A stretch of DNA of 64,000 nucleotides from IMG/VR virus record IMGVR_UViG_3300025853_000044, positions 1-64,000 of that record; one strand, given 5' to 3'. How positions within the stretch are numbered: the stretch's first letter is position 1; each line of letters begins with the position of its first letter. Made by a program: the position numbers and the translations under genes. The notes beneath the pieces were generated by a model that was not told the DNA's origin, did not search any database, and saw only the letters and a program-made list of their open reading frames with translations. This document shows positions 1 through 9,198 of the stretch, in pieces. The stretch comes from a virus.

Positions 1-142
1 AGTTTGATTGCAACATGGCATCGCCTCGTGTACCTAAACCCGATTCTTCTCTTACTGGATTTGCATTTCTCGCAAATTCTCTTTCCATGGGAGACAATTG
101 AATCTGCTTTAGCAAAGCCCAAGCATCGTCAAAGAAAGGCAT
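1..142 (-). CDS. Partial CDS running off the window; N-terminus MPFFDDAWALLKQIQLSPMEREF; probable late or virion-internal protein
   Basis: Hand translation: ATG at 142-140, 4 nt after the stop of the upstream gene, GAGG upstream, open toward position 1. Not in the ORF track. Confidence 0.7.
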   Translation of the reverse strand, partial: MPFFDDAWALLKQIQLSPMEREFARNANPVREESGLGTRGDAMLQSN

Positions 143-146
143 GTAA

Positions 147-1382
147 TCATCCTCTTTGTGCGGCACTATAGTCGGTCATTGGCATGTTGGGGCCACGGAA
201 TCCGGGTCGCTTAAATCGTGGCTTTCGGGCCGGGTCGCCTCGCTTGCGAGAGCGCATTGGGCCACGGGACATGGCTTCTGTGCCGCCCATCGGTGGGTCA
301 TCCTCTTGTCGCATTGGAGGAGGGGTTGAGGGTGGTTTTGCAGTGAATGGGTTGAATGGTTCTTGTTCACGCTGGCGTTGACGAATTGGCTCAAGTACAT
401 CATCAGCCATCGGCATAGGTAGGCTTGCACCCATCGGCCCATCTTCTCCGAATGGCTCTAAGCCGTGGATAGGCGATTCACGAGGAATTGAAATGTTGGC
501 ATAACTGGCCTCTTCACTGGTTTGTGGAACACGAGGATTGCCTCTTAAACCACGCCGTGCAAATGCCTCGTTGCTGGTTCGCTCACCGATTGAGCGACTT
601 TTTTCATCTGCTCTTCGTTGCCTGCGTCCCGCACTTTCCATTCCCGATGAGGCTGAAATAAGGGCATTTTGGATTGGAAGGGTAAAGTTTTGATTGATGT
701 GGTCGCTATATGCCCTACCTTCGGGATTAAACTCATTGTCAATTTTGTCTTGAGGAATACCCGCTTGTGATAATTGATGGCGATGTATTTGCTCCACCAT
801 TTCTGCCGCCTTTTCTCTATCAACGCCAAACATGTCTTGTACGGCATCAATGCTGTTAAGGTACCAATCAGCCTCGCCCTTGAGAATTGTCCAAGCAAAC
901 TCAAACGGGCTGGATTTTAGTTTGAAGGGGTTGGTAGGGTCATCGGGGAATTGCCGTAATTGTTCATAGGGGAGTGGGCCTTGAAGCGTGCTACCTCGCA
1001 TTCGTTGTGCTTCTGCGAATGAGAGAGGTGCAGGCATTTCATGTGCTTGTGGAAGACCTCTTCTTTGTGCATCACTCACCATATGCCCAATTTGTATTTC
1101 CGGTGGAACCGTTTTGTCTCGGTATCGGGTATCTTGATACATGTGTTGAGGTGCAGAATTTCTTGACATTTTTTCATTAATTACCATGTTCGGAGTCATG
1201 TTTTCTTCTGCGATTTCATCTGCTCTCTTGTCTCGGTTTCCTCGGTGCATATTGTGGAATTTTTCTGCGGCACTGGGTTTAACCCTCAATTTTCCCCCAG
1301 TTCCCCTCATTGTAGGGTCTGCAATTTCACTTACAAGGTTTTTCAAAATTTCAAGAGACTCCTCAAACGAGCGTCCTGCCAT
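147..1382 (-). CDS. Hypothetical low-complexity protein (about 411 aa, Pro/Arg/Met-rich), probable late or internal virion protein
   Basis: ORF 147..1454; ATG at 1382 is preferred because a TTTTTATAT box lies about 25 nt upstream. Contains SFEESLEILK and SPFEFAWTILK motifs. Confidence 0.7.
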   Translation of the reverse strand: MAGRSFEESLEILKNLVSEIADPTMRGTGGKLRVKPSAAEKFHNMHRGNRDKRADEIAEENMTPNMVINEKMSRNSAPQHMYQDTRYRDKTVPPEIQIGHMVSDAQRRGLPQAHEMPAPLSFAEAQRMRGSTLQGPLPYEQLRQFPDDPTNPFKLKSSPFEFAWTILKGEADWYLNSIDAVQDMFGVDREKAAEMVEQIHRHQLSQAGIPQDKIDNEFNPEGRAYSDHINQNFTLPIQNALISASSGMESAGRRQRRADEKSRSIGERTSNEAFARRGLRGNPRVPQTSEEASYANISIPRESPIHGLEPFGEDGPMGASLPMPMADDVLEPIRQRQREQEPFNPFTAKPPSTPPPMRQEDDPPMGGTEAMSRGPMRSRKRGDPARKPRFKRPGFRGPNMPMTDYSAAQRG

Positions 1383-1426
1383 AGCACGCACAGGGGGTTT
1401 TGATATAAAAAATCCATTCTGTAATT

Positions 1427-1830
1427 TTTTTTTGGGAACGCTATGCGTGCCCAAAAGAAGTGCTATGGGATAGCACTGTGCTATGGCTCCTTCTAAGGGG
1501 GTGCTATGGGGCTGTGCTATGGGGTGGGTGGGCCGCAGTGCCCCGTTCTATAGACCGCTGTACTGCGTCAGGCTATGGCCCCCAGTCCCTCCCGTCGTGG
1601 GCGGGGGCGTGTCTATAGACAGGGGCGCAGGGGCGGGGTCTATAGAATCCCCACCCCTCTCGCCCGCCTATGTGTGAGCGTGTCTATAGATTCCAGACCC
1701 TTCGCCCCATGCCCCATAACCTAACACGCCCACAGGACGCAAGCCCCCATGAATAGCGACACCTTGACCCCAACCCATATGGGTGCGTTATGCACCTCCC
1801 TCACGGTGCTTTGCGCTATGTGCTATGTAC
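1427..1830. repeat. Non-coding short-repeat cluster: TCTATAGA x4, GCTATG x8, inverted repeat AGTGCTAT-GGG-ATAGCACT
   Basis: TCTATAGA at 1547, 1612, 1639, 1683; GCTATG at about 1440, 1462, 1480, 1503, 1516, 1572, 1815, 1822; perfect IR at 1459-1477. Confidence 0.75.
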
Positions 1831-1870
1831 GCACGGGGGAAGCAAAATCGGGGTACTGAAGGTCAGTAGG

Positions 1871-1888
1871 TTATAAATCGGCAAAGAA
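1871..1888 (+). promoter_or_regulatory. Early promoter motif copy 1 (TTATAAATCGGCAAAGAA)
   Basis: TATA box plus the conserved CRGCAAAGAA tail shared with 8 other sites. Confidence 0.8.
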
Positions 1889-1904
1889 TGAAGGGTTGAT
1901 TCAC

Positions 1905-2798
1905 ATGGTACAAAACACCTACACCGAACCGTTGCCCGCCGTCAGCCTACCCCTCCCTGCCTTCGCTGTGCAGGTGGCCCCAGTGGTGGGGCGCATCGTG
2001 GCCTTCCTTGGCTCTCGTGCCAAGGTGTGCTCCCTGCCCCTGTCCACTACCTCCACGGTGTCGCCCCTTGAGTTGGCCCCTGCCGACAAGCAGGGCAACC
2101 GTGCCCACTCCACCTTCACGAAGGCCCAAGTCGTGGCCATCGCTCGTGAGGTCGTGGCCATCATGTCCGAGCGTCCATCTCCTGCCGATGTCCGTGGTCG
2201 TGTGCCCTCGTACTGGCTCGGCCCCAAGGCTCGCAACAGCGACTTGGCCAAGGCCCTCACCCTCACCTACACCCCGTCCAAGGGCAACAACGCTGATGTT
2301 GAGTTGAACGCCGCTGGCCACTGTGTCGCCGCCTTCCGCCGTGATGTCAAGCGGCTCAACAAGGCCAACAAACTCGCCTCCACCCTCAAGAGCGGTGATG
2401 GCTGGTTCGCTGTCGGTGTCCTTGACAACAAGGGCCAACCCCGTGCCTACACCTCCGAGAAGAAGGCTCGCAAAGCCTTCTGCCGCCTCAAGTACACGGT
2501 GTACGCCGCTGACGGCAAGACCGTGCTTGAGACTTGGTACGACACCGACAAGGCCAACCGCCTCGCCTCCGCTGAGGTGTACCAACAGGCCGACTCGGTG
2601 GGCAAGGCTGACCAAGGCCGTGTCTCTCGGTTCGCCGCCGCCACCCTTGACGACCTCAGCCCCTCCGCTGTCCGTGCCCTCGCAAAGAAGGCCGGTGCCC
2701 CAAAGCGTGTTCACACTGGCTCCGGTTCCACGGCCCGCTCCCGACAGTGGTTCAGCGACGACATCACACGCCTTGAGGGTGTCATGACCCCGCAGTGA
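1905..2798 (+). CDS. Hypothetical basic Ala/Lys-rich protein (about 297 aa), possibly DNA-binding
   Basis: Strong C-ending codon bias, own promoter and downstream terminator. C-terminal TLDDLSPSAVRALAKKAG loosely resembles SAP/Rho-N helical motifs. Confidence 0.75.
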   Translation: MVQNTYTEPLPAVSLPLPAFAVQVAPVVGRIVAFLGSRAKVCSLPLSTTSTVSPLELAPADKQGNRAHSTFTKAQVVAIAREVVAIMSERPSPADVRGRVPSYWLGPKARNSDLAKALTLTYTPSKGNNADVELNAAGHCVAAFRRDVKRLNKANKLASTLKSGDGWFAVGVLDNKGQPRAYTSEKKARKAFCRLKYTVYAADGKTVLETWYDTDKANRLASAEVYQQADSVGKADQGRVSRFAAATLDDLSPSAVRALAKKAGAPKRVHTGSGSTARSRQWFSDDITRLEGVMTPQ

Positions 2799-2842
2799 GC
2801 CGTTCACCGGCCCGCTTCCTCCTGCTCTCTGAGTAGTACACC

Positions 2843-2913
2843 GCTCACCCATGCCCCACGGGGCGTGGGTGGGCCTCGCCCACCTGCCCCACTGGGGGCG
2901 GGTGGGCTTTTTT
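2843..2913 (+). terminator. Tandem GC-rich hairpins followed by T6
   Basis: Stem 2843-2857/2860-2874 and stem 2878-2890/2895-2907 (only G-U deviations), then TTTTTT at 2908-2913. Confidence 0.75.
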
Positions 2914-3180
2914 CATGTCACGCAACCCCATAGCGCAAGGCTTTGGGGGTGCTGTTGCCACGCCTACGCCTGAACATAAGGTTCAGCCTTGCGTGTGAAA
3001 GCAACGCACCCATATGGGTTGGACTCTTCACGCATCGTGTTCGTGTAGCGCAACGGCCAAAGAAAAAGTCTGGGTTCCGAGGCACGCACGCTCGCAAATC
3101 ATACGCTTATGACCATTCCTCGCCCACTTCTATAGAAAGAGACATCTCTTCGGGTGGGGGCATGACAGCCTCAACAATAC

Positions 3181-3490
3181 GAACATGTTCGCCCGTACAT
3201 GTTCGCCCTAACATGTTCGGTGTCGCTTACCTCACCCCTTGACTCATCCTAAACGCTACACTGCAAGCCTGTTTATTCACTTACCTCAAAAACCACTTCA
3301 CTCATTTGAGGTAAGCACCACTTCACTCATACCCCCTACACTCAATAGGAAGAGAAGCCGCCACGCTTACTTCACTTATTCACTATGCTTGTTACATATA
3401 TACTATTGAGAGTAAGACCTATGAGTAAAGTGAGTATTCGTAGGGGGGTCAAAACAGGTGAGTAAAGAAATGAGTAAAGTGAGGTAAGTG
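3181..3490. repeat. Iteron-like repeat cluster, candidate replication origin
   Basis: ACATGTTCG x3 with a 14-nt period (3183, 3197, 3211); CTTACCTCA/CTTCACTCA-type repeats at 3224-3384, mirrored by TGAGTAAAG/TGAGGTAAG at 3407-3490 around an AT-rich core (about 3389-3407). Confidence 0.65.
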
Positions 3491-3544
3491 GGGTACATGA
3501 CACAGCCTGTAAGCGTGAACCAAAACGATGGACTGAAAGCCAAC

Positions 3545-3565
3545 AGTATTTAAATCGGCAAAGAA
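3545..3565 (+). promoter_or_regulatory. Early promoter motif copy 2 (AGTATTTAAATCGGCAAAGAA)
   Basis: Starts 31 nt before ATG 3576. Confidence 0.85.
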
Positions 3566-3575
3566 TAGAGAGCCG

Positions 3576-5034
3576 ATGTCAAACACAACGAATCCCATCC
3601 AAGCCGTACCACCATACCCCGAACAGGGTGCCTTCACCGCACAGTACAAGCGGTATGGGTGGGAAGCCAGTGTCCACTTCGTACTGGACAAGAGCAACAA
3701 CTACCGAGCGTATGTCTCCGACTACGCTGTGAGTGGGACACCTACCCTGCAAGACATCTCTCGCATCAGCACCAAAGTCCACGCCGACTTCAACAAGTGG
3801 GTGTCGCAGACTCGCCTCATCAACTGGGCCACTCGCAATGGGATGCACTTCACTCGCTGGCGACAGCAAGCAGACAACACCTTGGAGGTGATTGCATGAT
3901 TGGGCCACAAGCATACGAGAACCTGTTCCAAACCTCGGTGGACTACAGCACCAAGGCTGTTCGCATCAAGCACGACGGCAAGCGATTCATCTACTACATC
4001 CAAACAAGCGATTGGGAGTTGTTCAATTCCTACGATGAGTTCATCACATGGTGCGAGGTTGACATCCGAGACAACAACGGCGGCTACGCTGACACCGTGG
4101 AGGTGATTGCATGAACGACCACACCGATTGTGAAGACTGTGCCTACGAAGGTGAGTACGAAGTGGATGCTGAATACATCTGCGCTGATTGCGAGAGCGAC
4201 ATCTGCTTTGACCACATGAAGGTGTGGCCCCAACCGAAGTGGGAGAAGACCAAACCAATTCACTACTGCAAACAATGTTTCCAACACCGATGGGAGGCGA
4301 TGGTATGAGCATGGAGACAGCCGCCATCATCAGCGAAGTGTTTGCTACACACCCCGACCTCAAGGACAGCGACCCCTTGTTGGACAATGCTTACGCCGAC
4401 TTGCACACACTCGCCGTGTACCATTTGCTTGATGAGTTGATGCCCGACAAGAAGGAGAAACAACGGCTGGTCGCACAGTGGATGCTCACCATCTCAAAGA
4501 GCGAAGCCGCACGACGCACACAGGAGGAATGAACATGAACACACAACAAGCACAGAAATTGATGGGCCGATACCAACTGACACACAAGGTGCCCTTTACT
4601 CAACCAGCGTATGTCATTGCCTACGCCATTGGCAAGAAAGGCATGGCCTACCTACCTGCACTCACATGGGTGAAGAAGTTCTACAAAGACGGCGGCTTCA
4701 CCTACTACACTGGCACATGGAAAGATACCATGAGCGTCATCAACATGTACATGGAGGCGAGCGAATGAGCGAGAAACAAATCATCGGAAAAGAAAGCAGG
4801 TTCACGCACTACCCTGACACACTCATCAGTGCATTGGGTAAGGACAGAAACAGCATGGTAGACTCCTTCGTGGATGAGGCTGTGCGTTTCTACATCATCA
4901 TGAATGTCTATCCATCCTTCCCCGTTGAGGAAGCGATGGAGTTAGCCATGCGTCCCAAGAACTACTGGATAGAAGTTCGTGAGGAAGTAGGCACAGAAGG
5001 ATACCTCGTGTCCATCACGGAGGTGAGTGAGTGA
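3576..5034 (+). CDS. Chain of six small coupled hypothetical genes: 3576-3899, 3896-4114, 4111-4308 (Cys-rich, Zn-finger-like), 4305-4532, 4529-4768, 4765-5034
   Basis: Each overlaps the next by ATGA/GTGA with a GGAGG/GAGGTG SD inside the upstream gene. Confidence 0.75.
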
Positions 5035-5405
5035 ACACTTACCAAGACTGGATGGCGTTCCTTGCCAAAGCAAAAGACCCAAGCAAAGGGCGGCCTGTTG
5101 CCAAGGCAACACGCATCAAGTTTCACATACATGGGAAGAATAGCGGCAGACTTCCAAGTGTGCTTCTCACATACCACGATAGTATCATTGCTGAGTGGAC
5201 ACCAACCAAAATGTACTTCACCAATGGTGGGTATATGACGCGGACCACAAAGAAAAGACTCAACGACTACCTCCCATCCGACTACTACATCCAACAGAAG
5301 AAAGGCGTGTGGTACCTACGGAACCATGCGAACACCATGATTAGGAAATTGAAGAACACATTCACAATCAAGTTCACCCACGAAGGAGAACGAATCAAGG
5401 ACTGA
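5031..5405 (+). CDS. Phage-type hypothetical protein (basic, GGYMTRTTKKRLN motif)
   Basis: Coupled GTG start with GGAGGTGA SD; ends just before promoter copy 3. Confidence 0.7.
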   Translation: MNTYQDWMAFLAKAKDPSKGRPVAKATRIKFHIHGKNSGRLPSVLLTYHDSIIAEWTPTKMYFTNGGYMTRTTKKRLNDYLPSDYYIQQKKGVWYLRNHANTMIRKLKNTFTIKFTHEGERIKD

Positions 5406-5413
5406 GGCTGAAC

Positions 5414-5434
5414 AGTATATAAATCGGCAAAGAA
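5414..5434 (+). promoter_or_regulatory. Early promoter motif copy 3 (AGTATATAAATCGGCAAAGAA)
   Basis: Intergenic, upstream of the dikinase-like gene. Confidence 0.85.
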
Positions 5435-5442
5435 ATGAGGAA

Positions 5443-7746
5443 GTGAATACCATGACAGAAGCAACACAAACCAAGGAAGTGAATACCATGAGCCAAAAAT
5501 ACGAAGCCCTGCAAGCATACAAAGCACTCAAAGACAACTACGATTGCAGTACCGAGTGGGATGTTCTCTCCACTTGTGCTGTTCACCTTGTACCCACAAG
5601 TGAGGACTTGCCCGACGACACCAACGCTTTCGTTGAACAGACAGTGGTTCATCTCATCAGCATGGTCAAGGAAAAGTTCACCAACGCCTCTTACCCTCTC
5701 TTCGTCCGTGCCTGTCCACTTGTGCCACGACCCGGTGTGCTTGAGTCCAGCCGTGCCGACAGCATCCTTGATGTTGAGGTCGTCGCTCACCGCATCATCA
5801 CCACCATGATGTCGCCCGACACATCCGACGAACCCATGTATGAGCATGGCTTCATTGACCCACACGGCACCGTCATGGTTCAGCCATTCATCAACGCCAC
5901 CGCATCAGCGGTGGCCGCACCCGACAACTACATTCTCATGGGCCGAGACAACGACGGCATCACCGCTGGTAAGGACGGCCTTCAAGTCGCTATCCCAATC
6001 GGTGATGACACACGCACTCGCTATGACTTGGGTAAGTTGGACATGGCTCCCGACAAGGTTGAGATTGAGTTCGTGTCCGAGTTGAAGCATGGCTCCCGAC
6101 CCAAGCGGGAGTTCCTTCGTGATACCCACCAATCATACATGAATCAAAAGGTAGCCATGGTTCAACTGCGTGGCTCCGAGGGTGTGCGTCCCATCTCCCC
6201 ACCTCCGAAGGGTGTCACCATCAGCGGCACCTTCCACGGTGCCGAGCGCATCAACATCAATCACATTCACCTCGTGAGCGACAACACCGACGAGCAACTT
6301 GACCTCATGGAGCAAGCACTTCGTGAGGGTATGCCCGAAGGCTCCGTTGTCCTCCATCCCAACGGCTCTCACCTGTCCCACCATGCAGGGCAGTGCTTCA
6401 AGTATGGTGTTCCTTACATTGCATCCACCGACCCGAAGGTTGGTGAGCAGTGGACTCAAGCCGCCCTCGGTTGGGTGGTGCTTGACAACGACGGCACCTA
6501 CGAGCCTCAACCCTACGACCCAATGGACTTCACTGATGAGTTCATCGCTGGCTTCAATGCTGGCTTCACCAACTTCGCTCGCCAGCATGGTTGGTTATCC
6601 AATCACTTCCACCAGTTCATCGGTGGGCCTATCGGCAACCCTGCTGAGACAGCACACCTCGCTGGTGGTTATGTTGCATGGCTCATCAATGGCACCTTGT
6701 CCGTTGGTCTTGGTGAGTTGCGGCACATCACTGGTAGTGTGCAGAATGCAACCATGCTACCCTTCGTAGCCGTCGCATCCATCTATGGTGTGGACAACTG
6801 GAAGGAGGTTTGGCCAAATGGTATCTCACAGAACCGCCGCCACTTCTACACCATGGTTGAGCAACACCCCGCCACCATTGAGTCGGTCATTGGTCTGCTC
6901 AAGTTCGCTGAGTCCTGCTACAAGTTGGAATGGCAATCGGGATACGGTGGCCACAAGTATGGCGAGTCGTGCAGGAATGCTCGGCAACTTACCGAGTCCA
7001 TGCTCTCCTTCCTTGCTGACCCAACCGAGGCTCACTTCAAGTCTATGATAGGTAAGGCCAACCTCACTGAGCACAATGTTCACAACAATGGTTTCTTCTT
7101 CAACAAGTTCATTTCCAAGACCGCACTTGATTGGGGTACCAATCCCGCCTTGGTTCGCCTTCAACCACGATACTTCTTCTCCATCTACTACGCCGCCGAG
7201 GACTTGATGAACAGCAAGCCCCGATTGGCTGGCGACTTCACAGACATTCTCAACACCGTGGCGAGTATCACCAAGACCGACATGCAGAAGAACCCATTGG
7301 GTAAGCGCAACGATGAACTGGGTCGTGCTGTTGCATACATCGGCAACAACTACCGACATCCAAACGGCATCTACTCCGACTACACTGCGAACACCTTCAT
7401 CCCCTGTGGTCATGTTGGTTGCGAAGTCTGCGCTCAACACACAGCGCACATCGCCAGCACTCTTACCAAGGGCTACTTACCCATCACTGATTCGTATGAG
7501 GCTTCGTTCCCCGTGGACAAGCAAGCCGAGAACAATAACGCATTCAAGATGTTGAGCAAGGAAGATGATGAAACATTCGCTCACCCAACCAAGGTTCCTC
7601 AAGCATTGGCCGTACTGATTCACGGGCTTACACATGGTGGGGTCAAGGATGTGGAGAAGTACATTGCACTCATCGTATCTAAAATGAATAGCGAGCAATT
7701 GATTGAGTTCTCAAATTACAAGAAAGCACTTGAAGGAGATGAATGA
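5443..7746 (+). CDS. PEP-utiliser/dikinase-like protein (ATP-grasp + phosphohistidine swivel + unknown C-terminal domain)
   Basis: ATP-grasp-like FVRACP..PGVLES, VMVQPFI, IEF, MVQLR; swivel motif GSVVLHPNGSHLSHHAGQCFKYGVPYI (compare GG.TSHAAI.AR..GIP). Confidence 0.7.
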   Translation: MNTMTEATQTKEVNTMSQKYEALQAYKALKDNYDCSTEWDVLSTCAVHLVPTSEDLPDDTNAFVEQTVVHLISMVKEKFTNASYPLFVRACPLVPRPGVLESSRADSILDVEVVAHRIITTMMSPDTSDEPMYEHGFIDPHGTVMVQPFINATASAVAAPDNYILMGRDNDGITAGKDGLQVAIPIGDDTRTRYDLGKLDMAPDKVEIEFVSELKHGSRPKREFLRDTHQSYMNQKVAMVQLRGSEGVRPISPPPKGVTISGTFHGAERININHIHLVSDNTDEQLDLMEQALREGMPEGSVVLHPNGSHLSHHAGQCFKYGVPYIASTDPKVGEQWTQAALGWVVLDNDGTYEPQPYDPMDFTDEFIAGFNAGFTNFARQHGWLSNHFHQFIGGPIGNPAETAHLAGGYVAWLINGTLSVGLGELRHITGSVQNATMLPFVAVASIYGVDNWKEVWPNGISQNRRHFYTMVEQHPATIESVIGLLKFAESCYKLEWQSGYGGHKYGESCRNARQLTESMLSFLADPTEAHFKSMIGKANLTEHNVHNNGFFFNKFISKTALDWGTNPALVRLQPRYFFSIYYAAEDLMNSKPRLAGDFTDILNTVASITKTDMQKNPLGKRNDELGRAVAYIGNNYRHPNGIYSDYTANTFIPCGHVGCEVCAQHTAHIASTLTKGYLPITDSYEASFPVDKQAENNNAFKMLSKEDDETFAHPTKVPQALAVLIHGLTHGGVKDVEKYIALIVSKMNSEQLIEFSNYKKALEGDE

Positions 7747-7747
7747 T

Positions 7748-8965
7748 ATGGGTAAGAAAGGACGAGCACGACGAGCACAACGACGCAAGGACAAACAGAA
7801 CAAGAAGGAGATGAAGAACATGAGCAAGACACCACACAATTACAAGACGACGACGACCACCACATGGAAGGGCAACAATCTTTCCAAGCACAACTGTCAC
7901 ACAGGGCAGAAGAAAATCTTCACCACCACGGGTGGTGTTGATGTGTATGGTGGAGGCCGCAACCGTGACGGTGGTTGGTGGAAGGCACCCATCGTGGTGG
8001 ACTTAGCCATGGGGCCGGACGAAACCATGAAGCCATTCAACAAGTCTGCTTTGACAGGCGGCACCATCGTACCTGCTGGCTGGTCATGCGACGACCACAC
8101 CGGACGCATTGACCCGCCCAAGTATATCATTGAGTTGGACTTCCCCGACTTCGGCGTACCACAAGTGAACAAGTTGTTTTGGTATGCGCTGTGCGATGAC
8201 ATCCTTGAGCATGGTATCAAGTCCATCTCTACGCAGTGTGCTGGTGGCCATGGTCGCACGGGTGTGCAACTGTGCATCCTCTACTACCTACTCAACGATG
8301 ATGATGTCAAGTCCACCATCACCGATGCGGCTCAACTGATTGAACTCATCCGAGACTTGCACTGCCACCATGCGGTTGAGACTGACGGACAGCAACGCTA
8401 CATTGCGAATGTCCTTGACATCCCTGCTGGTGAGTCCAAGATTGAATCCACCTACGGTGGTTGGGGTGGCGGCTACTCCTATGGTGGTGGTGCTTCGGGA
8501 AAAGCGGGGAAGAAGACACCTACGACAAAGACTACGACTCCTACTGGGACGACCTCGCAGAAGGCTACGACGATTTCTGGCAAGTATGACCTCAATGAAG
8601 AATACAAGTTGCCTCCCCTACCACCGAAGCCTCAATCAAAGGCTCTCGCCTTTGAAGAGTGTGAGTGTTGTGGTGAGACTGATTACAATGTGGACACAGG
8701 GCAGTGTACATCATGTGGGTGGGAAGCACCCGACCCAACTGCTGAACGAATGCTGTGCTACACTTGTGGTAAAACGAAGTTGCCGCATGACTACCTCTCA
8801 CCATCCGACGACACTTGCATCACTTGTCTTGCGGATGAGATGAAGGTGAAGCACACTGACAACGAGGTTCAATGTTCAGTGTGCAAGCGTATGCGATACA
8901 CTGACATGTTCTCCGAGACAACGGATGAAGGATTCATCTGCATGTCATGTGAGGTGAAACAATGA
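7748..8965 (+). CDS. Protein-tyrosine/dual-specificity phosphatase-like protein with C-terminal multi-CxxC Zn-ribbon region
   Basis: DFPDFGVP (WPD-like loop), QCAGGHGRTG (CX5R), VETDGQ (Q loop); Gly/Thr linker; six CxxC pairs. Confidence 0.85.
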   Translation: MGKKGRARRAQRRKDKQNKKEMKNMSKTPHNYKTTTTTTWKGNNLSKHNCHTGQKKIFTTTGGVDVYGGGRNRDGGWWKAPIVVDLAMGPDETMKPFNKSALTGGTIVPAGWSCDDHTGRIDPPKYIIELDFPDFGVPQVNKLFWYALCDDILEHGIKSISTQCAGGHGRTGVQLCILYYLLNDDDVKSTITDAAQLIELIRDLHCHHAVETDGQQRYIANVLDIPAGESKIESTYGGWGGGYSYGGGASGKAGKKTPTTKTTTPTGTTSQKATTISGKYDLNEEYKLPPLPPKPQSKALAFEECECCGETDYNVDTGQCTSCGWEAPDPTAERMLCYTCGKTKLPHDYLSPSDDTCITCLADEMKVKHTDNEVQCSVCKRMRYTDMFSETTDEGFICMSCEVKQ

Positions 8966-9198
8966 CAATGAACGACCACCAAGACAGCGAGCACTTTGCT
9001 TACGACAAGACATGGGAAGAGATTGAAGCCATGCTGGACAGGGCGGAGCGCAAACAGAATCAACACTACACAGCCATGCTGGACGGGCCGAAGAAGAAAC
9101 GCATGTACCACATGAGGAACTACAAAGCATTGGAGGGCGTGGTCAAGGCTCTTCGTTGGGTGCTTGGAGATAAGGACATTGACCATCCATTGGAGTGA
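8962..9198 (+). CDS. Small helical hypothetical protein (78 aa)
   Basis: Coupled on both sides; GAGGTGA SD. Confidence 0.75.
   Translation: MTMNDHQDSEHFAYDKTWEEIEAMLDRAERKQNQHYTAMLDGPKKKRMYHMRNYKALEGVVKALRWVLGDKDIDHPLE

Noticed and set aside
1483-1677. 64-aa ORF, and 2943..3242
   Set aside because: They run through repeat-rich control DNA, with no SD or typical codon bias.
1947-2852. 301-aa minus-strand ORF and the many other antisense or alternate-frame ORFs in the track
   Set aside because: They are shadows of biased codon usage on the real strand, with no SD, coupling or motifs.
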